Notes: generated by a model from the letters alone, not told the origin. DNA of 54,234 nt from Dehalococcoidia bacterium (GCA_009776735.1 WRNG01000002.1:1-54234), one strand, 5' to 3'; counted from the first letter of the stretch, positions 27,468 to 38,328 are shown. Program-made: numbers and translations.

Positions 27468-28313
27468 ATGAGAGTAATTAGCGCTTCTGAAATACGTGCT
27501 TCCGTTGCCTTGCTGGTACAAAAAGCCAATTTTGAGTTAGGAAACGATGTTTTAGAACTGCTTAAAAAAGCTATTCAAGCTGAACAATCTCCGATTGGAC
27601 GCGACATTCTGGAGAAAATTATTCTCAATGCATCTATTGCTAAAACTGATCGAGTACCGCTTTGTCAAGATTGCGGTACTGCAGTTATATTCCTTGAAAT
27701 TGGTCAAGAAGTGCATATCTCCGGAGGAGACTTGTATGAAGAATTGACAAACGGCGTACGGCTAGGTTACCAAGAAGGATTCCTTCGAAAGTCTATAGTC
27801 TCCCAGCCTTTTACGAGTCGAATAAACACCGGAGATAATACCCCTCCAGTCATCCATGCCGAAATAGTGCCTGGCGAACAACTTAAAATCAGTTTTATGC
27901 CCAAGGGTGGAGGTTCAGAAAATATGAGCCGATTGGTAATGCTTCAGCCCAGTGCTGGAAGGCGAGGAATAGTTGATGCTGTTACCGCAGCAGTGAAGGA
28001 TGCCGGCGGAAACCCCTGTCCGCCTTTAATAATCGGGCTAGGAATTGGCTCTACCGCTGAAAAAGCGATGGTGATGTCTAAGCGTGCCCTTCTGCGGCCT
28101 GCCGGTCAACCAAGCATAGACCCAGAAGTAGCATGCTTGGAAGAAGAACTCTTGAAAAGTATTAACAGTCTGGGAATTGGTCCGCTTGGAATGGGAGGGA
28201 AAGTGACGGCACTCGCAGTGCATGCTGACGTACTACCTTGCCACTTCGCCAGTCTGCCTCTCTCAATTAGTTTCCAATGCCACAGCATTCGCCACGCTGA
28301 AGTGTTACTATAA
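27468..28313 (+). CDS. Fe-S type fumarate hydratase / tartrate dehydratase, alpha subunit
   Basis: PLCQDCGTAVIFLEIGQEV and KGGGSENMS motifs. The ATG at 27468 (MRVISASEI...) is preferred over the TTG at 27417. Confidence 0.88.
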   Translation: MRVISASEIRASVALLVQKANFELGNDVLELLKKAIQAEQSPIGRDILEKIILNASIAKTDRVPLCQDCGTAVIFLEIGQEVHISGGDLYEELTNGVRLGYQEGFLRKSIVSQPFTSRINTGDNTPPVIHAEIVPGEQLKISFMPKGGGSENMSRLVMLQPSAGRRGIVDAVTAAVKDAGGNPCPPLIIGLGIGSTAEKAMVMSKRALLRPAGQPSIDPEVACLEEELLKSINSLGIGPLGMGGKVTALAVHADVLPCHFASLPLSISFQCHSIRHAEVLL

Positions 28314-28879
28314 TGAGTATTTGGAAAATAGTAACACCAATTGACGAAAGCCAACTTTGCAAGATGTACGCGGGAGATAGCGTCTTACTTTCTGGCATAA
28401 TTTATACCGCTCGTGACGCAGCTCACAGGCGATTAACAGAAGCTCTTGGAAATAACCATCCTCTACCTTTTTCGATTGTAGGACAGACTGTTTACTATAT
28501 GGGTCCTTCCCCTACCAAACATGGAGAGATTATCGGTTCATGTGGTCCGACAACCAGTAGCCGCATGGATATTTACACACCAAGCCTTTTAGAAGCCGGG
28601 CTACGTGCAATTATTGGCAAGGGAGAACGCTCACCTGCGGTAAGGGAGGCACTGAAAAAGCATCGTGCCGTCTATTTGGTGACTTACGGAGGAGCAGGGG
28701 CATTATTGAAGAAAACTATCTGTAAATCTGAAACAGTGGCTTATCCCGAGTTAGGGGCTGAAGCTGTCTTGCGCCTAGAAGTCAAAGATTTTCCGGCGAT
28801 TGTTGCCAATGACATTCATGGAAATAACTTGTTTAGTGATCAAATCGGCAAATATTGTAGCGCGCAGGAAGGTTCATAA
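28313..28879 (+). CDS. Fe-S type fumarate hydratase / tartrate dehydratase, beta subunit
   Basis: 188 aa. GIIYTARDAAHRRL, GPTTSSRMD. Start overlaps the alpha-subunit stop. Confidence 0.88.
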   Translation: MSIWKIVTPIDESQLCKMYAGDSVLLSGIIYTARDAAHRRLTEALGNNHPLPFSIVGQTVYYMGPSPTKHGEIIGSCGPTTSSRMDIYTPSLLEAGLRAIIGKGERSPAVREALKKHRAVYLVTYGGAGALLKKTICKSETVAYPELGAEAVLRLEVKDFPAIVANDIHGNNLFSDQIGKYCSAQEGS

Positions 28880-29223
28880 TGGAAGACTGTATTTTTTGCA
28901 AAATTGCTTCTGGATTAATTCCCAGTCAGAAGGTATTTGAGGACGAAAATGTCTTCGCGTTTCGTGATATTCAACCTATGGCCCCAACTCATATTCTTAT
29001 CATCCCGAAAGTCCACCACGCAAACCTAACCGCCATGGACAAAGCGGACCAAACACTTGGCGGAACATTGCTGCACATGGCAAATATTATTGCCCAGCAA
29101 GAGAACTTGGACAATGATGGCTACCGTATTGCCATTAATTGTGGTCCATGGGGCGGACAAGTAGTACAACACGTACATTTACATCTTTTGGGTGGCCGCG
29201 AACTGGCAGGAGAGTTAGGTTAG
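28879..29223 (+). CDS. HIT-family (histidine triad) nucleotide hydrolase
   Basis: 114 aa. CIFCKI..., histidine triad HVHLHLLGG. Confidence 0.9.
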   Translation: MEDCIFCKIASGLIPSQKVFEDENVFAFRDIQPMAPTHILIIPKVHHANLTAMDKADQTLGGTLLHMANIIAQQENLDNDGYRIAINCGPWGGQVVQHVHLHLLGGRELAGELG

Positions 29224-29340
29224 ATTTTGCTGATTCGAGCGAAGATTTTTTCCTACGAGGTATGAAATAATGGTTTTCCTGTGCCTATCATAGGTTTCGT
29301 TCTTAACAAACGGAAAAACAGTTCGGAAAACTGCCAAAGG

Positions 29341-30246
29341 TTATAAATCGTTACACAAAGCATCCATGGCCAATCTCAGATCAAGCGGTAATGGTGAGGT
29401 TAATTCCAATACTTTTTGGCTTGACGGAATCTGAAAAATCAGTTTGCTGGCGTGTAAGAATTGCCTCCCAACTAATGAAGATTTTCCTCCATACACCGTA
29501 TCTCCTACCACCGGATGCCCTATTGAGGCAAGATGTACACGTATTTGATGCGTACGTCCTGTTTCGGGGCTTACTTCCAACAAAGTATATCCGGAGAATT
29601 GTTCTAGTACTGTGTAGGCTGTTCTTGCTGAGCGTCCGATAGTGTCTACGGACATTCGCTGTCGATGGACTCTGTCACGTCCAATCGAAGCCTCAATCAC
29701 ACCGTTTGAGTGCTTAAGCTTTCCGCGTACTAAGGCAAGATAATTTTTTTTTACTTTTCTAGATTTAAATTGGGCAGATAAACAGGCTAAGGCTTGTGGT
29801 GTTTTGGCAATAATTATTAGCCCTGAGGTATCCTTATCCAATCGATGAACGATTCCCGGGCGAGTTGGATTACCGCTTTCCGGAAGAACGGGAGTATACG
29901 CTAAGACCGCGTTCACTAAAGTGTGGTTTGGACTCCCGGGAGCGGGGTGAGTGGTCATGCCGGCAGGTTTATCGATAACCAATAACTCGGAGTCCTCATA
30001 CACAATGCTAAGCGGAATGTTCTCGGGAGCTATTTCACATGGGGTAGGTGCGGGGATGCTAATACTTATGCAGTCTCCTGCCTTAATTTTAATTCCAGAA
30101 CGTACTGGCTTACCGCGCCACAACACGTTCCCATCATTGATTAGTTTCTGGATATAACTGCGTGAATATTCAGGTAGGTTTTGGGCAATATAAACATCTA
30201 AACGTATGCCGTCACTGACGGCCATCAACTGAACCAATTTGGTCAT
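29341..30246 (-). CDS. rluD: RluA-family 23S rRNA pseudouridine synthase (RluD-like)
   Basis: S4-like N-terminus (RLDVYIAQ...SRSYIQKLINDGNVLWRGK). Catalytic HRLDKDTSGL. Start placed at the ATG at 30246 (GGAG about 14 nt upstream). The track start 30303 lies deep inside lspA. Confidence 0.85.
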   Translation of the reverse strand: MTKLVQLMAVSDGIRLDVYIAQNLPEYSRSYIQKLINDGNVLWRGKPVRSGIKIKAGDCISISIPAPTPCEIAPENIPLSIVYEDSELLVIDKPAGMTTHPAPGSPNHTLVNAVLAYTPVLPESGNPTRPGIVHRLDKDTSGLIIIAKTPQALACLSAQFKSRKVKKNYLALVRGKLKHSNGVIEASIGRDRVHRQRMSVDTIGRSARTAYTVLEQFSGYTLLEVSPETGRTHQIRVHLASIGHPVVGDTVYGGKSSLVGRQFLHASKLIFQIPSSQKVLELTSPLPLDLRLAMDALCNDL

Positions 30247-30742
30247 GAGAATGCTCTGCTCCAGACGCTCGAATGATATTGATTGCCAATATAATATTGC
30301 CAATAACCAGCATTGAATCAGCGATATTGAAGTCTGGCCACCTCCATACTGAAATAAAGTCTGTTACATGCCCAATGAAGACACGATCCAGCATATTGCC
30401 AACAATGCCACCCAGCATTATCCCTAAAGCCAGAGTAGTACTTGGCCATTTTAAGAAAGATAAACGGCGACAAAGTCCAAAAGCTATATATATAACCAAA
30501 ATCGTTCCCGCAACAGAAATCAAACTGAGCACGAGGCGAGAGCCACTAGAGTTAGCAAGAAAACCAAAGGCCGCCCCCGTATTGTATAGGTGTGATATGC
30601 CGAAAAAGTTCTCTGTTGAGCCATAAGGAACCAAGATTTCGATTAAACGTTTACTAAACTGATCAAGCGCTACAACAGTCGCTGTCAACACCCAAAACAA
30701 TGATGTGCGCGGCGAAAGATTAACGAGTGGCTTTTTGGGCAT
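30212..30742 (-). CDS. lspA: lipoprotein signal peptidase II
   Basis: 176 aa. ALDQFSK, NTGAAFG, FNIADS motifs and 4 TM segments. Confidence 0.88.
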   Translation of the reverse strand: MPKKPLVNLSPRTSLFWVLTATVVALDQFSKRLIEILVPYGSTENFFGISHLYNTGAAFGFLANSSGSRLVLSLISVAGTILVIYIAFGLCRRLSFLKWPSTTLALGIMLGGIVGNMLDRVFIGHVTDFISVWRWPDFNIADSMLVIGNIILAINIIRASGAEHSHDQIGSVDGRQ

Positions 30743-31073
30743 CGCTTATACAAAGTCTGGCAGTCGGCATTGCTTCCATGCGTACGCTCTCGATCGATTG
30801 CCCGCATTTCTCGCATATTCCAAATGTGCCATTCTCAAATTTTTTTAAGGAGGTTTCAATATTTACCAATTGATCTACCAATCGTTTTTCTTGCGCAATC
30901 ATATTTTCAAGATCTGCCGTTTCGGTTGCCTCTTCTTCGCGTTTTCCAAAAGGACTGCCTTCACGCCTTTTTTCTGAAGAACGAACGGCGCGGATGGCCT
31001 CGAGTTGTTCATTTAAGCGTTTATGCTCATTCTCAAGGCGTATCCGAATAGGAGTGTAATTGGTATCTGTCAT
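30720..31073 (-). CDS. DksA/TraR-family C4 zinc-finger protein
   Basis: Coiled-coil N-terminus plus a C-terminal CEKCG...(17 aa)...C pattern. GGAGGA lies 7 nt upstream of the ATG at 31073 (the track start 31091 is also possible). Confidence 0.75.
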   Translation of the reverse strand: MTDTNYTPIRIRLENEHKRLNEQLEAIRAVRSSEKRREGSPFGKREEEATETADLENMIAQEKRLVDQLVNIETSLKKFENGTFGICEKCGQSIESVRMEAMPTARLCISDAQKATR

Positions 31074-31281
31074 GGTGGTATCCTCCGGCATAGTTTAAAA
31101 CTACGATTTATCCATCTGTTAATACTGAATAACTGAAAATTATGTGAATAATCAAACACCCCGAGTACAATCGTGACCGGGGAGCTAAACCCTGAAAAAA
31201 AGAAATTTGAGTCTCACCTCAAGAAACAGTGTAGCCTATTTTCTGGTTATATTCAACAAGTTTGCCGCTTCAATAACCTAA

Positions 31282-32235
31282 ATGTATAATTATCGCGCTT
31301 TGAAAAACAATTTTGATTCTTCAGTCCAATTGGCACCCAACAACAGTTACGGACTAAAACTGGCCAATCCAATCATGGCCGCTTCCGGTACTTTTGGATA
31401 TGGACATGAAATGTCCTCTCTTTGTGACATACAAAGTCTGGGGGCAATTATTTGCAAAGCAACAACACTTATGCCTAGACGCGGCAATCCTCAACCGCGT
31501 GTCGCCGAAACACCCAAAGGAATGCTTAACGCAATAGGTTTACAAAATCCTGGAATTGATGCCGTTTTAAAAGATATGGCTCCTCTATGGAGTAAATGGC
31601 AAGTTCCTGTAATTGTTAACATTGCCGGCGAAAACATTGATGAATACGCTGAGCTTGCCAGAAAAACTGATGGAGTTCCGGGAATAAGCGGGCTAGAAGT
31701 AAACATCAGTTGCCCTAATGTTTCCTCCGGATGCATTGAATTCGGGGCCAGTCCCGCAACCGCTGCCTCTGTCACAAAGGCTGTAAGGCAAGTAACTAAC
31801 CTCCCCGTCATAGTTAAGCTTACTCCCAATACCAGTGATATTGTTGAAATCGCTAAGGCTGTTGTGGAAGCCGGCGCTGATTCCGTTTCACTCATCAACA
31901 CACTCCGCGGTATGGCGATTGATATCAAAAGACGTCGCCCTGTCCTTGCAAATGTTAGCGGAGGTCTATCGGGGCCAGCCATCAAGCCGGTAGCATTGTA
32001 CATGGTATATCAAGTGGCCTCTGCCGTAAAAGTACCCATTATTGGTGGTGGTGGTGTTATGACGACTGATGATGCCTTGGAATTTATCATGGCTGGGGCG
32101 ACTGCCGTGGAAATAGGCACCGCTAATTTTATCAATCCTTCCGCAATGAGTGATATAATCAAGGGGCTGGAAACATATGCCCAAGAGAACGGGATTGCCA
32201 ACTATAGCGAAATTGTCGGATCTGCCCATCGTTAG
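31282..32235 (+). CDS. pyrD: dihydroorotate dehydrogenase, class 1 catalytic subunit
   Basis: 317 aa. ASGTFGYG, NISCPN, SGPAIKP motifs. Confidence 0.9.
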   Translation: MYNYRALKNNFDSSVQLAPNNSYGLKLANPIMAASGTFGYGHEMSSLCDIQSLGAIICKATTLMPRRGNPQPRVAETPKGMLNAIGLQNPGIDAVLKDMAPLWSKWQVPVIVNIAGENIDEYAELARKTDGVPGISGLEVNISCPNVSSGCIEFGASPATAASVTKAVRQVTNLPVIVKLTPNTSDIVEIAKAVVEAGADSVSLINTLRGMAIDIKRRRPVLANVSGGLSGPAIKPVALYMVYQVASAVKVPIIGGGGVMTTDDALEFIMAGATAVEIGTANFINPSAMSDIIKGLETYAQENGIANYSEIVGSAHR

Positions 32236-32334
32236 CTGGGACTATCCTGTAAATTCTGTTTATCAGCCAATTAATAGCCAACTTGGCGGTTTCTGTTATA
32301 ATGGGAACTCAGTAACTTCCTAAGCGAGGTGTGT

Positions 32335-32820
32335 ATGTCAAATAAAGAGATTCTCTGTTTGCTTGAAAAAGATGCCAAGCTCACCCCAGAGCAAATTGCC
32401 GCAATGACTGGTTCTAATGCTACCGAAGTCGGTCAGCTCATCAAACAAGCGGAAGACGACCATATCATTGTTAAGTACAAAACACTCATCAATTGGGACA
32501 AAGTCAGCAATAATCGTGTGCTAGCATTGGTTGAGGTAAAAATAACCCCCCAACGCGATGTTGGATTTGATGCCATCGCCGAGCGCATATACAAGTTTGC
32601 CGAAGCACGCACTGTCTATTTGATGTCGGGAACATATGACTTGGCTGTTTTGGTGGAAGGTCACACCATGCAAGAAATTGCCGAGTTTGTAACACGCAAA
32701 CTGGCTCCCATTGAGGGCGTTACAGGCACCACCAGCCATTTTGTTTTGCGTTGTTATAAAGAAGACGGAGAAATTCTGGGGACTAAAGAAGAAGCTAAGA
32801 GGCAAGCGGTCTTTCTTTAA
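32335..32820 (+). CDS. Lrp/AsnC-family transcriptional regulator
   Basis: N-terminal HTH (ILCLLEKDAKLTPEQIAAMTG) and an AsnC-type C-terminal domain. ATG at 32335 after GAGG. Confidence 0.8.
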   Translation: MSNKEILCLLEKDAKLTPEQIAAMTGSNATEVGQLIKQAEDDHIIVKYKTLINWDKVSNNRVLALVEVKITPQRDVGFDAIAERIYKFAEARTVYLMSGTYDLAVLVEGHTMQEIAEFVTRKLAPIEGVTGTTSHFVLRCYKEDGEILGTKEEAKRQAVFL

Positions 32821-32832
32821 CGGTAACGATAT

Positions 32833-34026
32833 ATGACTACTATATTCCCACAAAATTCCAGCGAAAAGGGTATCACCTCAAGGCGCGTAAATAGTATTGC
32901 CCCTTCAGGTATTCGCAAGTTTTTTGATTTACTAGCCACAATGGACAACGTTATTTCGCTGGGGGTTGGGGAACCTGATTTCACGACACCTTGGAATATT
33001 CGCGAAGCGGCCATCTACTCCCTGGAAAAAGGTTATACGATGTATACCTCCAACCTCGGTATGCCGGAATTACGCCAAGAGCTGTCACTCCACTTGGAGC
33101 AAAGCTATGGGGTACGATATGACCCCGACAGTGAACTGCTGATTACCGTAGGTGTCAGTGAAGCCCTTGATTTGGCCATGCGCGCCACTATTGACCCTGG
33201 GGACCAAGTTTTGATGGCCGCACCATGTTACGTGGCATATCCGGCATCAGTGCTGCTTTCTTGCGGGGAGCCGGTTATGATCCCCACCAATGAGACAGGA
33301 TGCTTTGAAATTGACCCGCCCCTTCTTGAAGCCGCAGTTTCATCGCGTTCAAAAGCCATTCTCAGCGGATATCCTTCAAATCCAACCGGGGCGGTACTGC
33401 CGCGTCCAAAGATGGAGCAAATCGCCGAAATTGCTCTGCGCCATAATCTTCTTATTATTTCCGATGAAATATATGCTAGTTTGGTTTACGGAATCGAACA
33501 CACTTGCTTTGCTTCACTACCCGGCATGCGGGAACGTACGGTTTTACTGGGGGGGTTTTCAAAGGCATATGCCATGACCGGATGGCGAATAGGTTTTGCC
33601 GCTGGTCCCCGAGAAATTATCGCCGCAATGACCAAAATACATCAGTACAGCATTATGTGCGCTCCAACCATGGCACAGGTGGCGGCCCTGGAAGCTCTGC
33701 GTAACAGCAAGAATAGTGTGGATGAAATGGTGGCTGATTATAATCATCGTCGTCAGTTGTTTGTCAAAGGACTCCGTGATATTGGATTCTCTTGCTTTGA
33801 GCCTAAGGGGGCTTTTTATGCTTTTCCCAACATTGGTTTAACCAACTTTAACTCGGAGACTTTTGCCGAGAAGTTGTTGGCGGAAGAAAAAGTTGCCGTT
33901 GTACCGGGAACCGCTTTTGGAGAGTGCGGGGAAGGCCACGTGCGGTGCTGCTACGCGACCTCATTACCCGAACTGGAAGAGGCTTTGGTTCGTATCAAAC
34001 AATTCGTTAATAGACACCAAAAGTAG
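32833..34026 (+). CDS. class I/II PLP-dependent aminotransferase (aspartate-aminotransferase-like)
   Basis: 397 aa. SNPTG, FSKAYAMTGWRIG (PLP lysine context), RCCYA. Confidence 0.88.
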   Translation: MTTIFPQNSSEKGITSRRVNSIAPSGIRKFFDLLATMDNVISLGVGEPDFTTPWNIREAAIYSLEKGYTMYTSNLGMPELRQELSLHLEQSYGVRYDPDSELLITVGVSEALDLAMRATIDPGDQVLMAAPCYVAYPASVLLSCGEPVMIPTNETGCFEIDPPLLEAAVSSRSKAILSGYPSNPTGAVLPRPKMEQIAEIALRHNLLIISDEIYASLVYGIEHTCFASLPGMRERTVLLGGFSKAYAMTGWRIGFAAGPREIIAAMTKIHQYSIMCAPTMAQVAALEALRNSKNSVDEMVADYNHRRQLFVKGLRDIGFSCFEPKGAFYAFPNIGLTNFNSETFAEKLLAEEKVAVVPGTAFGECGEGHVRCCYATSLPELEEALVRIKQFVNRHQK

Positions 34027-34515
34027 AGTTATCAAAACCTCAGAGAACCACGCCGCGCATTTTGCTTCGTTTCTCCATTCCTGTTTACAAAAATGTGACA
34101 GACGTAACCAGTCGCAATATCTATCTCTTCTTGCATAACTTTTCACTCTTCTGAAAATAGGAAGCTCCTACCGAAGCAGGGGCTCTATGCACGACCCTTC
34201 TTTTCTATCCCGCTACGGTTTGCGGCGAATATTTACCAAGTATTTCTACTCTAGCCTAATTCTACACAAATATCCCGAATGGTGTCAAGATTTCAACGCT
34301 TTTTCGGCTACGACAAGTAAGGACGCAGAAAATATTATAGGCATGAAATATAAAATATTTGTGCCTAATAATTTTTGTCAAATATTTGCCAATATAATTT
34401 GTGTATGGCCGATGTTTATGGTAAATGCTCCAGAGGGTTTACCAACATGTTTTTAAGAAGATGTAACACCTATTCAGCGCTTATTTTGCCAAATCAAATG
34501 CGGCTTTGGCGGCCC

Positions 34516-34761
34516 TTATTTGGGCTTGGGAAGTTTTTTGGGAGAAGTACGGTAAGAATTGGACTTTTCATCTTCCTCATCTCCGTCTTCTTCGTAATAA
34601 TCATCGCCATCATTTTTACCTAACCGTCCGGTTCTAAAAGCTTTCAAAGTTTTACCCAAAGCTGAACTAACCTGAGGTAATTTGCCCAGCCCGACAAGCG
34701 CAATAACAAGCAGCAAAATAAGAATAACTTGCGGTAGTCCAATGTGAAAAAACGAAGGCAT
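34516..34761 (-). CDS. tatA: twin-arginine translocase subunit TatA/E
   Basis: MPSFFHIGLPQVILILLLVIALVGLGKLPQVSSALGKTLKAFR, then an acidic tail. GGAG lies 5 nt upstream of the ATG at 34761. Confidence 0.8.
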   Translation of the reverse strand: MPSFFHIGLPQVILILLLVIALVGLGKLPQVSSALGKTLKAFRTGRLGKNDGDDYYEEDGDEEDEKSNSYRTSPKKLPKPK

Positions 34762-34959
34762 ATCCTCTCCTTGCATATGAAAAAAGTTGTTTCAACCATA
34801 GGGAGTTCTCAAGAACATGAAGAAATATCCCTGAAAACTCATGATAATTTACCGGGCAGTTCTTGTCAAAAGGCAAAATAAAGTCAAGCACTCTTTTCAG
34901 CAAGGCAATTTCATGGTAAATTGTGCGTATGATGAACTTTAAAACACGAGTTAAATTAT

Positions 34960-35817
34960 ATGTCGATTGAAATTAGACGTGCAGATAATATCGGTTTTTG
35001 TATGGGCGTCCGTCGTGCAGTCGATACAATTTTGAAAGTGGCGCAACAACACGTAGCAGTGGAAACTATGGGGGCGCTAGTGCATAACCAGCAGGTGCTG
35101 GGAAAATTGGAGAATTCAGGGGTCCGCATTGTCAATGATGCCTCTGAAATTCAAGGCAATGTGGTAGTAATCAGCGCACATGGAGTTGGCCCAAAGATTA
35201 CTCAGAAGTTGGAATCGCGGGGGGTAAATGTTATTGATACTACCTGTCCTTTTGTAAAGCGGGCCCAAATGGCGGCACGGCGTCTATTCAAGGCCGGTTT
35301 CTACACCATAGTTTACGGCGATGGACAACATCCGGAGGTAAAGGGGATATTGGGTTGGGCAGACGGCAATGGAATGGCCACGCTTGAAGCGGGACAATTG
35401 AAAAACAAGGTTGATTTACCACGAAAATTGGGCTTATTATCACAAACAACGCAGATTCCGTCTGCGTTTGCCACTTTTACCAAAGAGGTGTTGGATATCG
35501 CATTGGTGAAAGATGTCGAGATTCATATTATTGATACCCTGTGCCACGATATCCGTCGCCGCCAAGCAGATACTCTTGAGATGGCAAAAACATCGGACAC
35601 GGTGTTTGTAATTGGTGGACGTAACAGTGCCAATACCAAGCATTTATTTGAATTATGTGCAACAGTGGTGGAGACTTATCAAATTGAAACAGCCTCAGAA
35701 ATTAAGCTAGAATGGATAAAAGGCAAAAAAAGAGTAGGGGTAACAGCCGGAGCTTCAACTGACGATGAGACAATCGATGAAGTTATGGCGCGCCTAAACT
35801 GCCTGGCAAGTAATTAA
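34960..35817 (+). CDS. ispH: 4-hydroxy-3-methylbut-2-enyl diphosphate reductase
   Basis: 285 aa. GFCMGVRRAV, SAHGV, TCPFV, SQTT, GGRNSANT motifs. Confidence 0.92.
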   Translation: MSIEIRRADNIGFCMGVRRAVDTILKVAQQHVAVETMGALVHNQQVLGKLENSGVRIVNDASEIQGNVVVISAHGVGPKITQKLESRGVNVIDTTCPFVKRAQMAARRLFKAGFYTIVYGDGQHPEVKGILGWADGNGMATLEAGQLKNKVDLPRKLGLLSQTTQIPSAFATFTKEVLDIALVKDVEIHIIDTLCHDIRRRQADTLEMAKTSDTVFVIGGRNSANTKHLFELCATVVETYQIETASEIKLEWIKGKKRVGVTAGASTDDETIDEVMARLNCLASN

Positions 35818-35876
35818 TGGTTTTTTGAGCAAAACAAGGACTATATAAGAATTTCTCGTAGATTAGAAGGAGTTTT

Positions 35877-36851
35877 ATGAAAAAGCATGTTTTTTCAGGT
35901 GTGAGACCTACCGGACGGTTGCATATCGGCAATTATTTAGGGGCCGGCAAAAACTATGTCTCTTTACAGGATGAATATGAGTGCATTTATAGTATCGTGG
36001 ATTTACATGCTCTCACTACATTGGAAGACACTGACAAGCTGCAGGAAAATATCTACGAAGCTTTTCTTGATTTACTCGCAACGGGGTTAGACCCGCAGAA
36101 ATCAATTATTTTTGTTCAGTCACACGTGCCTGAAATCAATGAGTTATTTACCTTGCTAAGCATGGTAACCCCACTTTCATGGCTGTTGAGAGTGCCTACT
36201 TTTAAAGAGAAAGCTCGCTTACATCCCCAGAATGTTAACTATGGTTTGGTAGGATACCCGGTATTAATGACGGCTGACATTGTTCTATACAAGGCTGAAG
36301 TTGTGCCGGTAGGAGAGGACCAATTACCTCATCTTGAATTATCACGAGAAATTGTACGGCGCTTTAACGAGCATTTTGGTAAAACCTTCCCGGAGCCAAA
36401 GGCTAAATTAACCAACTTTCCGCTGGTTGTTGGGCTTGATGGCAAAGACAAAATGAGTAAAAGCCTAGGCAATTATATCGAACTTGCGGCAACCGAGGAG
36501 GAAACCACTCAAAAAGTAATGTCAGCGGTTACTGATCCGTCACGTCGGTTGCGTTCAGATTGCGGTCACCCGGAGGTGTGTAACGTGTTCAAGTTACGCA
36601 TGCACTTCGAACCAGCCGCAGTTGAACAACTTAAGAACGATTGCCGCAGTGCTGCGATTGGTTGCGTGGATTGTAAAAAAGCGTTGGCAACAGCGATTAA
36701 TCACAATCTGGCTCCAATACGAGCCCGCCGTGCGGAATTGGCAAACAACCCCGCTCATGTGCGAGATGTGATGGCTGATGGGGCCAGACGCGCACAAAAC
36801 ATCGCCAGACAAACCATTGATGAGACAAAGCACAAAATGGGTCTAAGATAA
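35877..36851 (+). CDS. trpS: tryptophan-tRNA ligase
   Basis: 324 aa. SGVRPTGRLHIGNYLGA (HIGH-type) and KMSKS. Confidence 0.92.
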   Translation: MKKHVFSGVRPTGRLHIGNYLGAGKNYVSLQDEYECIYSIVDLHALTTLEDTDKLQENIYEAFLDLLATGLDPQKSIIFVQSHVPEINELFTLLSMVTPLSWLLRVPTFKEKARLHPQNVNYGLVGYPVLMTADIVLYKAEVVPVGEDQLPHLELSREIVRRFNEHFGKTFPEPKAKLTNFPLVVGLDGKDKMSKSLGNYIELAATEEETTQKVMSAVTDPSRRLRSDCGHPEVCNVFKLRMHFEPAAVEQLKNDCRSAAIGCVDCKKALATAINHNLAPIRARRAELANNPAHVRDVMADGARRAQNIARQTIDETKHKMGLR

Positions 36852-36859
36852 CGTTTGCT

Positions 36860-37633
36860 CTATCTTAGATTCAATTTGTAACGAAGCATATTACGCGTAA
36901 TCAGGAAAAAAATTACACAAAATATGCTCAGAAAGCAAATCATAATCAGAAGTGCTACATGTATACCGTCGGGAAATAGAGCCCAGTTGGTTGCGCGAAA
37001 AAGAACAGTACTCATTAGTGCGAGCGTTATTGAGAATAATAGCTGCATCATAGTACTGATTGCCCAAAACGCTCCGAAGGATAGCAAGGCTCTATGACTG
37101 TTAGCCAGCATCCCCAGCGACAAACAAGCATAAAGTAATAATAGGGCACAAAATACTGCTAGAACAAAGCAGACGATTAATTCGATAAGCGTACGAAGAT
37201 TCTCAAATACAAAGAGCCCATTTAAAAAGGGTTTGATATCTGAGAAATTGAAACTATTGGTCAAGATTACTACAGACAATATGGCTACAATGCCGCCAAT
37301 GATATACCATATGGAAGCCACAAATAACCTGCTGAGGATTATTTTTTCAGTTGAAACGGGTAAGGTATGGGTTAAATATCCTTCTTTTTGGAGAACGCTT
37401 TTATTGAAACGTTGAATAGTGATAAACAATAAAGTTACCCAAGTGGCTATAATCAACATTAATGAGAGTGAGTGGCTGAAGTTATTCGTAATGAATAGAA
37501 ACTCAATATCAGCCGCTCTGTTAAGCAAATCAAGGAGACGATTGACAATTGACATGGCAATCATCGCTCCAAAGAGAGAAATGATGAGGCGGCTATTAGC
37601 CTTAAATTCATATTTCATCAACTTGATTAACAT
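36860..37633 (-). CDS. ABC-2-type transporter permease
   Basis: 257 aa, about 6 hydrophobic helices. 7-nt overlap with the upstream ATPase gene. Confidence 0.65.
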   Translation of the reverse strand: MLIKLMKYEFKANSRLIISLFGAMIAMSIVNRLLDLLNRAADIEFLFITNNFSHSLSLMLIIATWVTLLFITIQRFNKSVLQKEGYLTHTLPVSTEKIILSRLFVASIWYIIGGIVAILSVVILTNSFNFSDIKPFLNGLFVFENLRTLIELIVCFVLAVFCALLLLYACLSLGMLANSHRALLSFGAFWAISTMMQLLFSITLALMSTVLFRATNWALFPDGIHVALLIMICFLSIFCVIFFLITRNMLRYKLNLR

Positions 37634-38328
37634 CTGAACACCTCCCGGAAGTACGCATCGACAGATGTCCCAGTCTTTTCACGCAAGACGTTGATGTCTT
37701 CGGAAAGGATTACCTTCCCTTCTTTAAGGATAATAACATCGTCCAGCACTTGCTCAATATCCGATATCAAATGGGTCGAGATAATTATGGAGGCGTTATG
37801 GTTGCGATTTTTAATTATTGTTGACAGAATATAGTCCCTTGCAGCTGGGTCCACTCCGCCAATTGGCTCGTCAAGTAGGTACAAAAGTGCCGAACGTGCC
37901 ATAACCAGAATTAGTTGGACCTTTTCTTTGTTTCCTTTCGATAAAGACCTTAACGTTTGATGCTTTTCGATTCTTAGACTGGCAAGCATCTCCAGTGCTT
38001 TTTTGCAGTCAAAATCGACATAAAAATCGGTAAAAAAATCAAGAATATCACTCACTCGCATCCAGTCAGCCAAGTAAGTGACATCAGGCAGATAAGACAC
38101 TAATTTCTTGCTTTCAATACCGGGCTTAAACCCATTAATTGTTATTGTGCCCAAAGTGGGAGTAAGTAATCCATTGCAAAGCTTAATGAATGTTGATTTG
38201 CCGCTGCCATTTGGGCCCAAAAGTCCTACAATACGTCCTTGCTCAATTGTAATGTCGAGCCCATTTAGCGCACATGTTCGTCCGTAGTTTTTGGTGAGTC
38301 CCTTGCATTCCAGAACAGCCATTTTCAA
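37627..38328 (-). CDS. ABC transporter ATP-binding protein
   Basis: Walker A GLLGPNGSGKST, signature LSKGNKEKV, Walker B LLYLLDEP. Confidence 0.9.
   Translation of the reverse strand: MKMAVLECKGLTKNYGRTCALNGLDITIEQGRIVGLLGPNGSGKSTFIKLCNGLLTPTLGTITINGFKPGIESKKLVSYLPDVTYLADWMRVSDILDFFTDFYVDFDCKKALEMLASLRIEKHQTLRSLSKGNKEKVQLILVMARSALLYLLDEPIGGVDPAARDYILSTIIKNRNHNASIIISTHLISDIEQVLDDVIILKEGKVILSEDINVLREKTGTSVDAYFREVFRC

Noticed and set aside
34027-34515. A ~490-bp gap between the aminotransferase and tatA, containing a UUCG-capped hairpin on the minus strand (about 34160-34186), considered as an ncRNA (SRP, 6S, RNase P or tmRNA).
   Set aside because: I found none of the conserved cores of those RNAs. 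The track ORFs there (34187-34456, 34375-34623) lack SDs and look spurious. It remains unassigned. Rfam cmscan would settle it.
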